Origin: Vicugna vicugna
Lineage: Eukaryota
Length of the DNA: 26,307 bases
Direction: 5' to 3'
Assembly (NCBI GenBank): GCA_013265495.1
Contig: MU057377.1
Coordinates: forward strand, 496,001 to 522,307
Each line of letters starts with the position of its first letter. Position 1 is the stretch's first letter. The notes below the pieces were generated by a model that saw nothing but the letters and a program-made list of their open reading frames with translations, was not told the origin of the DNA and did not search any database. This document shows positions 1-11,221 of this stretch, piece after piece. Made by a program: the position numbers and the translations under genes.

Positions 1-698
1 TTTTTATTGAATTGTAGTTGATTTAAAATATTGTGTTTCAGGTGTACAGCAAAGTTATTCAGTTATATGTAATTTTACTTTTTAAGATTCTTTTCCATTA
101 TAGGTTATTACAAGATATTGAATATAGTTCTCTGTGCTGTATGGTAAATCCTTCTTGTTCATCTATTTTATATATAGTGGTGCATTTTCTGTTCATCCAA
201 TACTCCTAATTTATCCCTCCTCCCACTTTCCCCCTTTGGTAAGTTTGTTTCTTATGTCTGTGAGTCTGTTTCTGTTTTGTAGATAAGTTCATTTGTATTA
301 TTTTTTAGATTCCACATTAATGATATCATATAATATTTGTATTCCTCTGATTCACTTCACTTAGTATGATAATCTCTAGGTTTATCCATGTTGCTATAAA
401 TTCTTTTTAAAGGCTGAGTAATGTTCCATTGTGTGTTGATGCTACATCTTCTTTATTGATTCATCTGTTGATGGACCCTTAGGTTGCTTCGGTGTCTTGG
501 CTGTTGTAAATAGGGCTGCTGTGAACATTGGGGTGCATGTGTCTTTTCAAATTAGTTTTCGTCTTTTCTGAATATATGCCCAGGAGTGAGATTGCTGGAT
601 CATGTGGTAGCTCTATTTTTAGTTTTTTAAGGAACCTCTATACTGTTCTCCATACTGGTTGCACCAATTTACATTCCCACCAACAGAGGAGGAGGGTT
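1..698 (-). mobile_element. LINE-1 3' end (ORF2 C-terminus + 3'UTR), 5'-truncated, antisense to ZBTB41
   Basis: The minus strand reads as the L1 ORF2 C-terminus ([19 protein letters not shown]...). The + strand has typical L1 3' motifs (gttgatggac..ttaggttgcttc..tgtcttggct, gagattgctggatcatgtggtagctctatttttagttttttaaggaacctc, ccaatttacattcccaccaacag). The tail end is at or beyond the window edge. Confidence 0.92.
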
Positions 699-1541
699 AA
701 AACTCCTTGACTGTCCCCACAGGATATACTTGTAATATTTGTACAGCACTCGGGCATTCAGGACATAATGATCTCACATTAGTTAGCCTCTGGGTATCTG
801 TGCATTATCCCTGTTCATTTTGTCCTTTTCCTGCTTTCCTTGGTACTGCCCATATGTGTTGGCTTCAGTAGCTTAGTTTTAAGCATGCAGTCAATATAGG
901 TGACTTACTTGTGTCCTAATGTCTTGTAAGTTGGAGAGGTCTCATGTCAGTGGGCTGTAGTGACGTATGAATTTTGTTGAGTATTCTAGATTTGCAGTAC
1001 CCTTTCCAGATTACTTTCTGTGGGAAGAGAGATGAAAATATGTAAGATACATAACATTATATTGCCTTTTATGATATTTTTAAAAGGCCTTTCAAATCTG
1101 AAAATTATTAATTCATGGACATACATGATGAAAGTAAAATATGAAAATTCTAAATTTTAAATGATGAGTAGATCTTTTGCTGAAGGTCATTTTTAAATTG
1201 GGGTAAAAAAGACATCTCAAAGTCTTATTTAAGTTCAGAGAATTTGCCAACAAAATTTTAAGAAAATTTCCCCAAACTTTTGATTTTTAAACTATGTAAA
1301 CATGAATAATTGTTTTTTAAAATGCCATGTTTTTGAGGAAAAGGTACACTGAGCAGTAAGCTCAAAGCAATAAGGCTTTAAGATTGATCAGACAGACAAA
1401 GCTAGGTAAACTTTTTTCAAGTTTGGGTGTGGATGTGTCTGTTAAGTATACTATTAATCTTGAGATTTTATTCCGCTGTCAAATTTCAGTCACTATGTAG
1501 TGGATGTACTGAATTTAATTTTGATTTCTATCTTTTTGTAG

Positions 1542-1749
1542 GGAAATATGAGAGCCACACACGCGTTCACACAGGTGAGAAGCCCTTTGAGTGTGATATT
1601 TGTCACCAGCGCTATTCGACAAAGTCTAACCTAACTGTTCACAGAAAGAAGCACAGTAATGAAACAGAGTTTCATAAGAAGGAGCACAAGTGCCCTTATT
1701 GTAATAAACTTCATGCAAGCAAGAAGACTTTAGCCAAGCATGTTAAGAG
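1542..1749 (+). CDS. ZBTB41: ZBTB41 coding exon A (208 nt, phase 1 to 2): GKYESHTRVHTGEKPFECDIC...HKCPYCNKLHASKKTLAKHVKR
   Basis: Acceptor ttctatctttttgtag ends at 1541. Two C2H2 fingers plus a TGEKP linker. Donor is AG|GCAAGT (GC type), and the frame continues correctly into exon B. Peptide recognised as ZBTB41. Confidence 0.95.
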
Positions 1750-2459
1750 GCAAGTATTATCTTGCTTCCGTAATACATTTTATTGTGCTTTCTAATTTAA
1801 ATACATAGTGAGCTGAACACATCTATGGAGTTCTTGTCTCCAGTTCTTTCCAGCATTATTTAGACTACAGATTTCTTAAGAAAAGAACAGCAAATGTTGG
1901 TTTGTCCACATTTTTTACAAATGCCTTTGAGAAATGAAGTTTTTTTTGATGTTGAAACAAAAACTATATACTATAGATGTTTCAGGTACAGCCTTTTCGT
2001 TTCCTCTATTTTCTGTCTTGGGTTTTGGCAAGTAATATTTTCAACAGATACGGTTTTAGAATGCTAGGAAACTTACTCCTCATGCTTAACTTTGCATTTA
2101 GTGTTTAAAATTTGTGAAAGAAAATGCTTAGTATGGTATTGCATATTTAACTTTGAGAAATAAATTTACTAAAATGTGGACTAAAACAAATCCAATGAGG
2201 ATTGTCTGTGAATAGATAGGTCCTGTACATATTTAAAATATGATCACACTTTACTTTGACTATTTCTGCATAACTTTGGGCACACACATTCATATATTAA
2301 AATGATACTGATACTTGTGTTCTTAAAGTGCTCACATGTGCCTGTCTCTTTAAGAAAGGAGTCAGTGCCTAATTCTTGTATCATGTCAACATATCATATG
2401 GAGTATTTTCTTAACTAATATGATCTTTTCCTAATAATCTTTTAATTTTTCTCTTATAG

Positions 2460-2529
2460 ATTCCATCCTGAAAATGCACAAGAATTTATTTCCATTAAGA
2501 AGACTAAGAGTGAAAGTTGGAAATGTGAT
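2460..2529 (+). CDS. ZBTB41: ZBTB41 coding exon B (70 nt, phase 2 to 0): (R)FHPENAQEFISIKKTKSESWKCD
   Basis: Acceptor tttttctcttatag ends at 2459; donor GAT|gtaaga. It completes the HVKRFH finger end and starts the next CxxC. Confidence 0.95.
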
Positions 2530-2834
2530 GTAAGAGATTTTAATTTGTAATAGAAAACCAAATTAAATGTAGTGTGCCCTGTTGGGAAAGTAATTAGACT
2601 TTAAAGTAATATAAACTTAGCTTATGTTACTTTTAGAATCTCTCTTTTATACAATGTTATCCTACATTTTTGTGAATTAAGCCTGATATGAGTTAGTTTT
2701 TTGATGATGTACTTGAAAAATAGAAATCTTAGTTTTTTATCTTTATCGTAATCACTATACCATGGTTCTATATTTGTCTGCATAAACTGTCACATTACTG
2801 TTGCACAGAGTATAAAATGTTAGAATTTTCCCTG

Positions 2835-3346
2835 CGTTTCTGGTTATCTGTTGCAGCATATCACACCACCTCAAAACTTACCAGCCTTAAATAACCATTT
2901 CATTGTATCTCATCATCTTGTGAGTCAGGGATATAAATGTGGGCAGGATTTTGCTAGGTAATTCTTCTGTTCCAAGTGGTGTCAGTTGATGATGGTCTGT
3001 CTGATTTGGTCTGGTTTGGAGCTGCTTCCAAAGTGGCTCACTCACGGGGCTGGGAATTTAGTGCTGGTCGACACCTAGGAGCCCAGCAAGGACAGCTGGC
3101 TGGGGACCCCTTCCTGGGGCTACCTGAACCTCCTTCGGGCATGGCAGCGAGGTTCTGGGAGTGAGTGCCTGTTCCAGGAAGCCGAGGGAAACACTGTAAG
3201 GCCTTGTATGGCCCAACCGCTTCTAACATGGTCTGTTGGTCAGACAAGCCACCCAGCCGGGGAAGATTTAAGGGGAGTGGAATTCGTTTCCGTTTTTCAG
3301 TGGTAAGAGTAGCAAAGAATTTGCAGATATTTTTATTCTGCCACAT
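2835..3346 (-). mobile_element. MaLR solo LTR (MLT1-type)
   Basis: Begins with the reverse complement of the MLT1 3' end (ggttatctgttgc...accacctcaaaactta...cttaaataacc..tctcat..tgtgagtcagg) and ends ...ttctgccaca. Subfamily not resolved. Confidence 0.75.
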
Positions 3347-3439
3347 CTTCTAAAGCACTTTTTCATTATTTAGGTAAATATTGTTTAAATGAATCACCAG
3401 CTGTCATTCTATCTTCCTTACTCCTAGACTTCGATTTAT

Positions 3440-3665
3440 GTATGTGGCAAAATTCTTAACCGTTTCTGATTTCAGCTTCTAGGAATTGAAGTTAATTATT
3501 ACTTATTTGGATCTATGTAAGGTGGTTTCTTCTCCTTACTAAGTTGCATCATCCTCAGCTGTAAATGATAATAACCATCATATCAATAACCTGTCTCTGA
3601 GGATTAGTCTGAGAACTAAGTAAAACCCTCTGCGTGTCAAGTTAACGTTGTACCTGGCGCGCAGT
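3440..3665 (+). mobile_element. degraded MIR SINE fragment(s)
   Basis: MIR core-like pieces: ggcaaaattcttaaccgtttctg, cctcagctgtaaatgataataa, gaggatta..tgaga, gtacctggcgcgcagt. Confidence 0.5.
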
Positions 3666-3991
3666 CTGTGCCGTGTCATCGCAGCAGCCCCTCCTCCCCC
3701 TTTCCAAATCTGCTGCCTGCCGTATTTCTTTAAAAAGTTGTGTCGTTTCTTTCTGACCACTTCAGGACATAAATTTTTAAGCAATTTTTCTGAAATTTCT
3801 CATTCCTATTCCTAATCAGATACATGGCAAGCTTGATAAAACCTTTTATTCATGGCATGTAATTGATTTAAAACATAAATTTAATGGGTTTAGAAATATT
3901 GACTAGGATTAAGATAGGAAGATTACTCTTAGCCTATTAGAAATGTAAAGCATTGAAATTCAGCCACCTTTAGTACTGATTTCAAATAATT

Positions 3992-4119
3992 GTTTTAGTT
4001 TGTTTGTTTGTGGGGGTAATTAGGTTTATTTATTTATTTTACTTGGGGTACCAGGGATTGAACCCAGGACCTCAAGCATGCCAAGCACGTGCTCTGCCAC
4101 TGAGCTCTCCCTTCCTCCC
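3992..4119 (-). mobile_element. tRNA-Ala-derived camelid-type SINE (Vic-1-like), antisense copy
   Basis: Reverse complement reads gggag..agctcagtggcagagcacgtgcttggcatgcttgaggtcctgggttcaatccctggtacc..aaaataaataaataaacctaattaccccc. A box and B box present; flanked by aaataatt at 3984-3991 and 4122-4129 (putative TSD). Confidence 0.88.
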
Positions 4120-4314
4120 TAAAATAATTTCTTACTGTGACTTCTCCAAGGCATTTTTTCTACATAATTAGTTGATTACAATTTTGATAAGTTTTCTCTG
4201 TTGGGAGAAATTTCTCTTTAATGGTTTGAATTTTTGTTTTTATTTCTCATCATGAGCTTTGTATTTTTATTTTAAATTCAGGTTCCCTTATGTTCTGTAT
4301 GCATTTTCTTTTAG

Positions 4315-4462
4315 ATTTGTAAGAAATCTTTTACTCGGAGACCACACTTGGAGGAACATATGATTCTACATTCTCAAGATAAACCTTTTAAGTGTACCTA
4401 TTGTGAAGAACATTTCAAATCACGATTTGCACGATTAAAGCATCAAGAAAAGTTCCATCTGG
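4315..4462 (+). CDS. ZBTB41: ZBTB41 coding exon C (148 nt, phase 0 to 1): ICKKSFTRRPHLEEHMILHSQDKPFKCTYCEEHFKSRFARLKHQEKFHL(G)
   Basis: Acceptor gcattttcttttag ends at 4314; donor TGG|gtaagc; C2H2 fingers in frame with exons B and D. Confidence 0.96.
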
Positions 4463-5460
4463 GTAAGCAGATCACTTTTGTAGAGCAGTCATAGCAGTTA
4501 CTGGCGGTCACGTCACGCTGTAGGAGGCTGCTGCTGTCGGATCACAGAAGGCAGTTGTGTTAAGTTGGGAGGAGGGCTGGATTTGCTGCCCTTCTTGGAG
4601 ATGAGTAAATATGGGGGTTTTTTGTTTGTGTTTTTGGTGGCAGGTGTGTTTGTGGTCGTAACTGTATTTACTTACAGTTGATTGTTGGATAGGTTTGTGA
4701 GTGGCTGGGAAAGGCGTTTTTGTTTTGGAAAAACTGATTTTTTCTAGAATGTCATGAACTTAGTGTATTTGGAATTCAGTGCTGTATTTGATGAGTTCTC
4801 TCCCTAATGCCTATGGCCAGGGTGGAGACTTGTGTTCCTAGTGGCAGCACAGTTAGGTTACAGGTATGACAGTTAATCCCAGTAACGAGTTACTGTCATC
4901 CCAAGTGGCCTCTTTGCCGTCCTAGTCAGTGTGTTTATGCAGGCCTGCGAATACGATGGATGACATGAAGCTGTAGCAGGGGAAGCTGACGTAGCAGAAA
5001 ATAAAAAATGTAAAAGAAAAATATTTCTGCACTATTGAAAGAAAGTTAAGACAAATTCAGTTAAAATTAATTAACAGTGAATACACAGCTGTACACGTGG
5101 GAGTGACCTGATGCTTGGTCTCTGGGGCCGCAGAGCTGCAAGATGGGCAGGTGGGCTTATTAACAGCAGGGGCCCCTTAGGCACAGTCTAAGCTAGTAGT
5201 GTCACATGACTGACAGAGAATGAGGACGGTAATTGCCTCGCTGACTTTAAACTGACCTGGAATACTGTGTGCATTTATGGATACCACAGCCGAGGTGGAT
5301 GTTGACATGTATTCTAGAGGCAGGGAGTATGGCAACATAGGGCCTTAAAATCGCGGCACCTGGAAAACTTTTGAAGGACCTTGAAATATTTTGTCGGGGA
5401 AAAGGAGACAGACCAGCTGTCTTCAGATATTTTCAAGGCTCTGTTGTGCAATAAGAAATA

Positions 5461-5811
5461 CGGTTGTCCCTTCGTCTCCATCGGGTATTGGTTCCAGGAC
5501 CTCCCCAGATAGCAAAATCCAAGGATGTTCAAGTCCCTTATGTAAAATGTGGGGCTGTTTGTATATAACCTCTGCACATCCTCCTGTATACTTTAAATCA
5601 TCTCTCGATTTCTTACAATGCCCGATACGACGTCAATGCTGTTTAAATAGTTGTAAGTACAGTGACGTGCTATGTAAATGGTTACCAGTGCAAAGCAAAT
5701 TCAAGTTTTGCTTTTTGGAACTTTCTGGAATTTTTTTTCCAAATATCTTCTATCTGCATTTGGTTGAATCCACAGATGTGGGGTGGGGCAGGGGGCACGG
5801 CAAGCCACCTG
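5461..5811 (+). mobile_element. MER2-type non-autonomous TcMar-Tigger DNA transposon (MER2/MER2B)
   Basis: Starts TA-cggttgtcccttcg..attggttccaggacc..aaaatcc..ggatg.tcaagtccctta, has internal tatactttaaatcatctc, and ends ggttgaatccacagatgtgg...gccacctg. Matches the recalled MER2 consensus. Confidence 0.88.
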
Positions 5812-6159
5812 TCTTTCTTTCACATACCCTTTGTCTTCCTTTCGGTTTGCCCTTGGTAGAACTGTCTTCTCCCCATTGTTTATTTGGTGAAATTATGGTG
5901 AAATTTTAAATCCAGCGAATGTCAATATTACTGTGAGAAATCTGTGTTTAATTGTGTAAGAGTAAACAGAAATGTGCCACAGCATTTTCAGTCTGGATAG
6001 TATCATTAAGAACTTTGGTTTGTAAGGAGCAGCAGAACATCGTCAAACTATGACCTCTTTTAAGTCCTCTGTTTACTCTTTGAAAGTTCCTCACGACTTC
6101 GTTTTCCCCCAGATTTGGAGTGTAACACTTTCTACTTTGTCCCAGTCTGATTGCAGTTT

Positions 6160-6315
6160 ATGAATTCAGCTTACTCAGCATTTGTCGTATTAGATGCCTG
6201 GGGCCACGCTTGGCCCTTGGGATGCAGAGACAATTGTGCCCTGTCTGCTGGGAATAAACAGTCTAGAAGCGAAGAAAAAACTATAAATAAATAGTTGAAT
6301 GTGTTGTGATATATT
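6160..6315 (-). mobile_element. L2 3' end fragment
   Basis: Degenerate match to the reverse-complemented L2 tail (tgcctgg..cac.ct.ggc.cttgggatgcagaga...gccctg...acagtctag). Confidence 0.5.
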
Positions 6316-6404
6316 TACTAGCAGTGGTAGGTGTGAGTTTGTCACATACGTAATAAATTTGACTTAGTGTCTATTCATAGATGCACACCATTTTTTCCTT
6401 TTAG

Positions 6405-6534
6405 GTCCTTTTCCATGTGATATATGTGGTCGCCAGTTTAATGACACTGGCAATTTGAAACGCCATATAGAGTGTACCCACGGTGGAAAGAGAAAATGGA
6501 CTTGCTTTATCTGTGGAAAATCAGTACGGGAAAG
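6405..6534 (+). CDS. ZBTB41: ZBTB41 coding exon D (130 nt, phase 1 to 2): (G)PFPCDICGRQFNDTGNLKRHIECTHGGKRKWTCFICGKSVRE(R)
   Basis: Acceptor ttttttccttttag ends at 6404; donor AAG|gtgagg; one full finger plus the start of the next. Confidence 0.96.
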
Positions 6535-7904
6535 GTGAGGAATTATCTAAACACCCAAAAAAATCCTGGTACTGCATGTACAAGTAATCAGTGAATGTAT
6601 TTTATGGAATTATGCTTTGATTTGAAATTTAAGGCTAAAAGGAATTATATAAAATGTTACAGAAGGTGATATGAAGTCAGGATTTGCAGATTTAGATGGT
6701 GAATTTAACATGAGTATAAACATAACGTAGGATGGGGAATGGCGACCGCAGGATGTCCGTTGTGCAGCGTGTGTCCGTGACGGCATTGGGTCCACACTCG
6801 CAGTGGCAGTGACCCAGCATGCGTTGAGGGTTGTTGGTGCTAAGCTCTCTGCGGGCGTGTTTCCTCTGTTAGCTAAGGGGCAGAATGCTGGCGTAGGTCT
6901 GACCCAAGAGCGTTATGTTCTTACTGTGCTAAGAACGCTGAACACAGGAACTACCCCCTTACCAAGTGTGAGCACACGGTGTGGTCCTGATGACACAGGC
7001 ACGGTGTTGTGCGGTGCATCTCTAGAACTTACACACCTTGCATGACTGAAACTTTTGCCACTGCACGCAACTCCCCATTTCCCCCTCCCTGGCCCAAATT
7101 TTCACTGTATTCTGCGCCCATGCACCACCTGCATGCTAAAGAGGTTCCTGCTGTGTGCCTGGCTGCTTGATTTGACTGAGGATATTCACTTCATTTCACA
7201 AATAGAAATGTTCTTTTTTGATCTACCCATGAGAAATAGAGGTGGGTCATGGTGCACCTCAAAGCCAAATATACACAGCAGCCTATTCACTTTGACCCAT
7301 CTCTGCCAGACTCCCCGTGCCGGGTCCGCCCCAGCCAGTCAGATGCTCCAGTGGTCGTGGTGACCCCCGTGCGTTGCAGTATTCAGTCAGGACCTGACCC
7401 CCTGGCGTGCTGGGAGCGCAGGGGAGCTGTAGCCGGGCTGACTGGGAGACGGAGCTCGTGCCGCCTCGTGGGCCCCTCGTCAGTGGTGGGGATGTGGTTG
7501 GGTTTGTGCTTGCTACTCAGTCTTTCAGAAACATGTAGTACATCGTTTAGCAATATGTACTATATAGGTCGTAAAACAAAAAAGAAAGGGGAATACTTAC
7601 ATAAATGGTTATTTCTGAGAGAGGACCATGGGGAGGGTGAGATCAGGGAGGAGCAGGTGGAGGTGTTGTGAGGGAAATTGCAAGTATCTGTAAAGTTGTA
7701 TTTGCCTTAAAACAGTCTTTTAACAAATTTTGAGCACATGTTTGAAAGAAACAGTACTAATAAACTGGATTTCTTATATATTATTAAACTCTCTCCATTA
7801 AAACTTACATGAGTTTTACCTAACTCAGTAGTGACAATTGAGCATTTCTCATTTGTACTTTTTTGGACATTTACTTAAGCTATATATTAAATCTTTGAGC
7901 AAAA

Positions 7905-8036
7905 CAATAGCAAAGGAGGCCAAAGTTAAATTGTCTGCCTTTTTTAAGGAGTCAGACATAATAAACATGTTTGTGTGCTGGTGCAGATGATCCAATTAAG
8001 AGCAAAAACATTGTAGGAAAAAGGGGACAATTGCAT
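7905..8036 (-). mobile_element. L2 internal fragment
   Basis: ttttttaag..aaacatgtttgtgtgctggtg..gatgatcca...aggggacaattgc resembles a recalled internal L2 segment. Confidence 0.4.
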
Positions 8037-8162
8037 AGTTTTCTGTTAGCTTGAACACCTTTCTAGTAAGCTTGCTGGAAATCTGTGTTTAATATGTACA
8101 TTGGCATTAAAAAATCTGTAGCTAAATATATATATACATACATGTGTTTTTTTAAAATACAG

Positions 8163-8258
8163 AACTACTTTGAAAGAACACTTGAGAATCCATAGCGGAG
8201 AGAAGCCTCATCTTTGTAGTATTTGTGGGCAAAGTTTTCGTCATGGAAGCTCATACAG
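8163..8258 (+). CDS. ZBTB41: ZBTB41 coding exon E (96 nt, phase 2 to 2): (R)[31 protein letters not shown](R)
   Basis: Acceptor tttttttaaaatacag ends at 8162; donor CAG|gtagat; SGEKP linker in frame. Confidence 0.96.
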
Positions 8259-9511
8259 GTAGATCAAGCCATTTTTTGCCCCTATATTAATTAGGATAAG
8301 ATTGTATCCCCATTTCAGTTCTGTTTCCTTATCATTGCATTAGTTATTTGACGAATTAAAACATGTCTTAGACCTTAAGATAAGCAAAGGTGTGCAGAAA
8401 ACTTTACTGTATAGACTTGCCCCTACATTACGTTTAATATTTTCTTCATTCTGTAGTATAAAATATTTTTAAATATTTTCTCATCACTAAGTTTGCTGAA
8501 TGCTTTACTGTCTAAGTCATTGTCATTTAAATATTTATTTCATGACTTTTCTTTGAATCAAAATTCATTAAAACTCTGGTGTTCTAAAGCTGGTGAATTT
8601 TTTCAGTCCTAATTATCAAAGAATATTTTGGTATAAAAATATGACAAAATTGAAAATTCTGGGATTCTCAATTTTAAAATGTCTTGTGTGTGTTAGTTGT
8701 AAATTACATAATTATTTTTATAGCTGAATGCTGACCACATTTTCAATCTTTGAAAAGTTTTTAATGAATAGATGACTACTTACTGTTAGTGTATCATTTT
8801 AATTTTTATTGTTCTTAAGAATTTAATTTTTAAACTTTCATTTATTATTTACTCTTTTTAGGATTAAACAGAAAGCTTCCCCTTTAAACGTGTACAGTCC
8901 AGTCCGTTTACTGGTTTTAGTCAGAGTAGAATTGATACCCGTTCTGACACCTTGTATGGGAAGTGTACTTGTTTCTTAGGATATACATATAGATGGAAGT
9001 TGTGGGGATAAAAATAATTGAAGTTAAATGAATTTTAATAATCTGTCCTTTATAATAACCTTTCATAATCTGTCTTTGGGTTACTATAAAATGAGCCACA
9101 TTTTGTCTGGTTAGTGTGAAGTAGTAAAATATAATTGTCAGAAAGTTGATTAGTGATAAAATTGACTAACTTCTCAACTGTCAGTTTATAAGTGGTATCA
9201 GTTGTTCAGAACAGGACTAATTCTTAATAAGTTACTGTCCTCATATGTTCAGTCACTGTACACTTCCCCCATTTGTGGTTCTGATTCCCCCAACTCCCCC
9301 ACCTCCTGCTCCTGCAACGCCCCGGTCAGACGGATGACGACCCTAGGCGGTTGGTTCCGCGAAGTAGATTTAGGATGTTAAAAGTCAGGAAGAGTGGGAG
9401 CATGTGCCAGATGTCCAAATGCTTTTTTGAAAAAGGTGAGTGGGAATCCTGGAGTCAGGCAGTGAACGTGGGAAGGACCTGAAAGTCAGAAATGAAGTGA
9501 ATAACAGATGA

Positions 9512-9805
<294 letters not shown>

Positions 9806-10647
9806 TAAATAGTTCAGTATTTGTAATGCTGATTCTAAAAACCTTTTCTTAAAAAAGAAATCTGAAAGGGACATAATTTTGTGACATGTTTTTTGGACAC
9901 TGTCATTTTAATCATTTGGTTACCTTTTATGACTACAGACTATATTTTAAAGTTTGTTTTAATTAAATTCTCCAAATTTGCATTTTGCATATTATGTGGA
10001 TATGTGCGGTAATTGCCTTTGGCATTCTCTGCAGGGAGAAGCCAAGACATTTCTTCTCATCTTAATTGGATTTGAAAAACGTTAGCAAAACTTAGACTTT
10101 GAAGAGAATTATCACAATGGGGGTGTTAAAGTCTATGAACTAGCGAAGTTTGAAGCCCTGTCTTCGGAAGAGTGCCTTAATAATCCTGATCAATCTCAGA
10201 TCTTTGTACTGCGTTTATAATTTTTGTACCTGGGGATTTCTTTCATATTTTCCCCTCAGACTGATGCTCAGGAAGTGCTAAGAGAGCCAGCTCTATGAGC
10301 ACAATACGGGAGAGAGCCATCTCTGGGCGTGCGGTAGAACAGGTGACTATCGCTGTTACTATCGTCAGCAGTTTCAATGTCGTGTGCAGCGGGTGTTTTG
10401 CTGGAATTACACACCTTCATTTTCAGGAGGAGAACCCTAAATTCCTAATTCTAGAGGTCACATGGTTTAATCGCATTCAGGTATTAAGTCGAGACAGTGG
10501 TTTTTAAAGGCCAGGTCTTTGTAACAGAACAGAAGAATAGAAGTGACAAATTGGACTCTTCTAGAATTTTCCTTTGTGTTTGTGTTTTGGCTCATTGCAA
10601 ATGTAAGAAATCCCCACAGATGAAAAACCCTTTCAAAGTAAAGTACA

Positions 10648-10765
10648 GGGGGAGGGTTAGCTCAGTGGTAGAGCGTGCGCTTAGCATGCACGAGGTCCTG
10701 GGTTCAGTCCCCAGCACCTCCATCACAAAAAATAAATAAATAAGCCTAATTACCCCCCGCAAAAA
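10648..10765 (+). mobile_element. tRNA-Ala-derived camelid-type SINE (Vic-1-like), sense copy
   Basis: gggggagggttagctcagtggtagagcgtgcgcttagcatgcacgaggtcctgggttcagtccccagcacctcca...aaaaaataaataaataagcctaattacccccc. A/B boxes present; imperfect TSD with exact core aagtaca on both sides (10641-10647 and 10770-10776). Confidence 0.9.
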
Positions 10766-11039
10766 TGTGAAGTACAAAGATCTGAAACTGTTCAGGTCCT
10801 TTTTGTAAACAGTACAACAGCCTCATCTTGATTCAGTGTTTTTTCATTGGAGGTGTTTGATATCCAGACTGTGTATTCCTAAAAAACAGTCCCAAGTTTT
10901 GAAGTCCTTTCATTTATCTTACTCTGTTACACTGAAAGTCAAGGTTTGAGGTCTTCAGCAAGAGGCTACTGATTCCTTCTCCAAGTGGGAGATTCCTTTT
11001 CCAACATCCATGAAAATAAGTACAGATTCATTGAGGAGG

Positions 11040-11087
11040 GTGTGTATGTGTGTGTGTGTGTTGTTGAGGAGATGTGTGTGTGTGTGT
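11040..11087 (+). repeat. interrupted (TG)n microsatellite
   Basis: gtgtgtatgtgtgtgtgtgtg-ttgttgaggaga-tgtgtgtgtgtgtgt; both TG runs are preceded by a ttgagga unit. Confidence 0.9.
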
Positions 11088-11221
11088 AGGAATATAAGGC
11101 AAACAGCCCAGATAAAGGGTGGCTTTACTTCTACCATGTTGTCTTACTGTTGGATAATTTGTTTTGGGGGGTTAAAAAATACTGAAATGCATATCATAAT
11201 CAAAGTATTTGTGTCTTTAAG

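Noticed and set aside
1125..1190. C/D-box snoRNA-like motifs (ATGATGA ... CTGA)
   Set aside because: Too short, very AT-rich, with only a weak terminal stem and no recognisable rRNA guide; consistent with chance.
5391..5909. 172-aa ORF and overlapping ORFs
   Set aside because: They start at a non-ATG codon or lie within MER2, and show no domain or splice context; chance ORFs.
7249..7671. 140-aa ATG-initiated ORF in an intron
   Set aside because: No recognisable domain; stop-codon scarcity is explained by local GC richness.
10648..10725. tRNA-Ala-like gene
   Set aside because: It has a SINE tail and flanking TSD, a second diverged copy exists at 3992-4119, and the cloverleaf is degenerate. 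It is a SINE head, not a tRNA gene.
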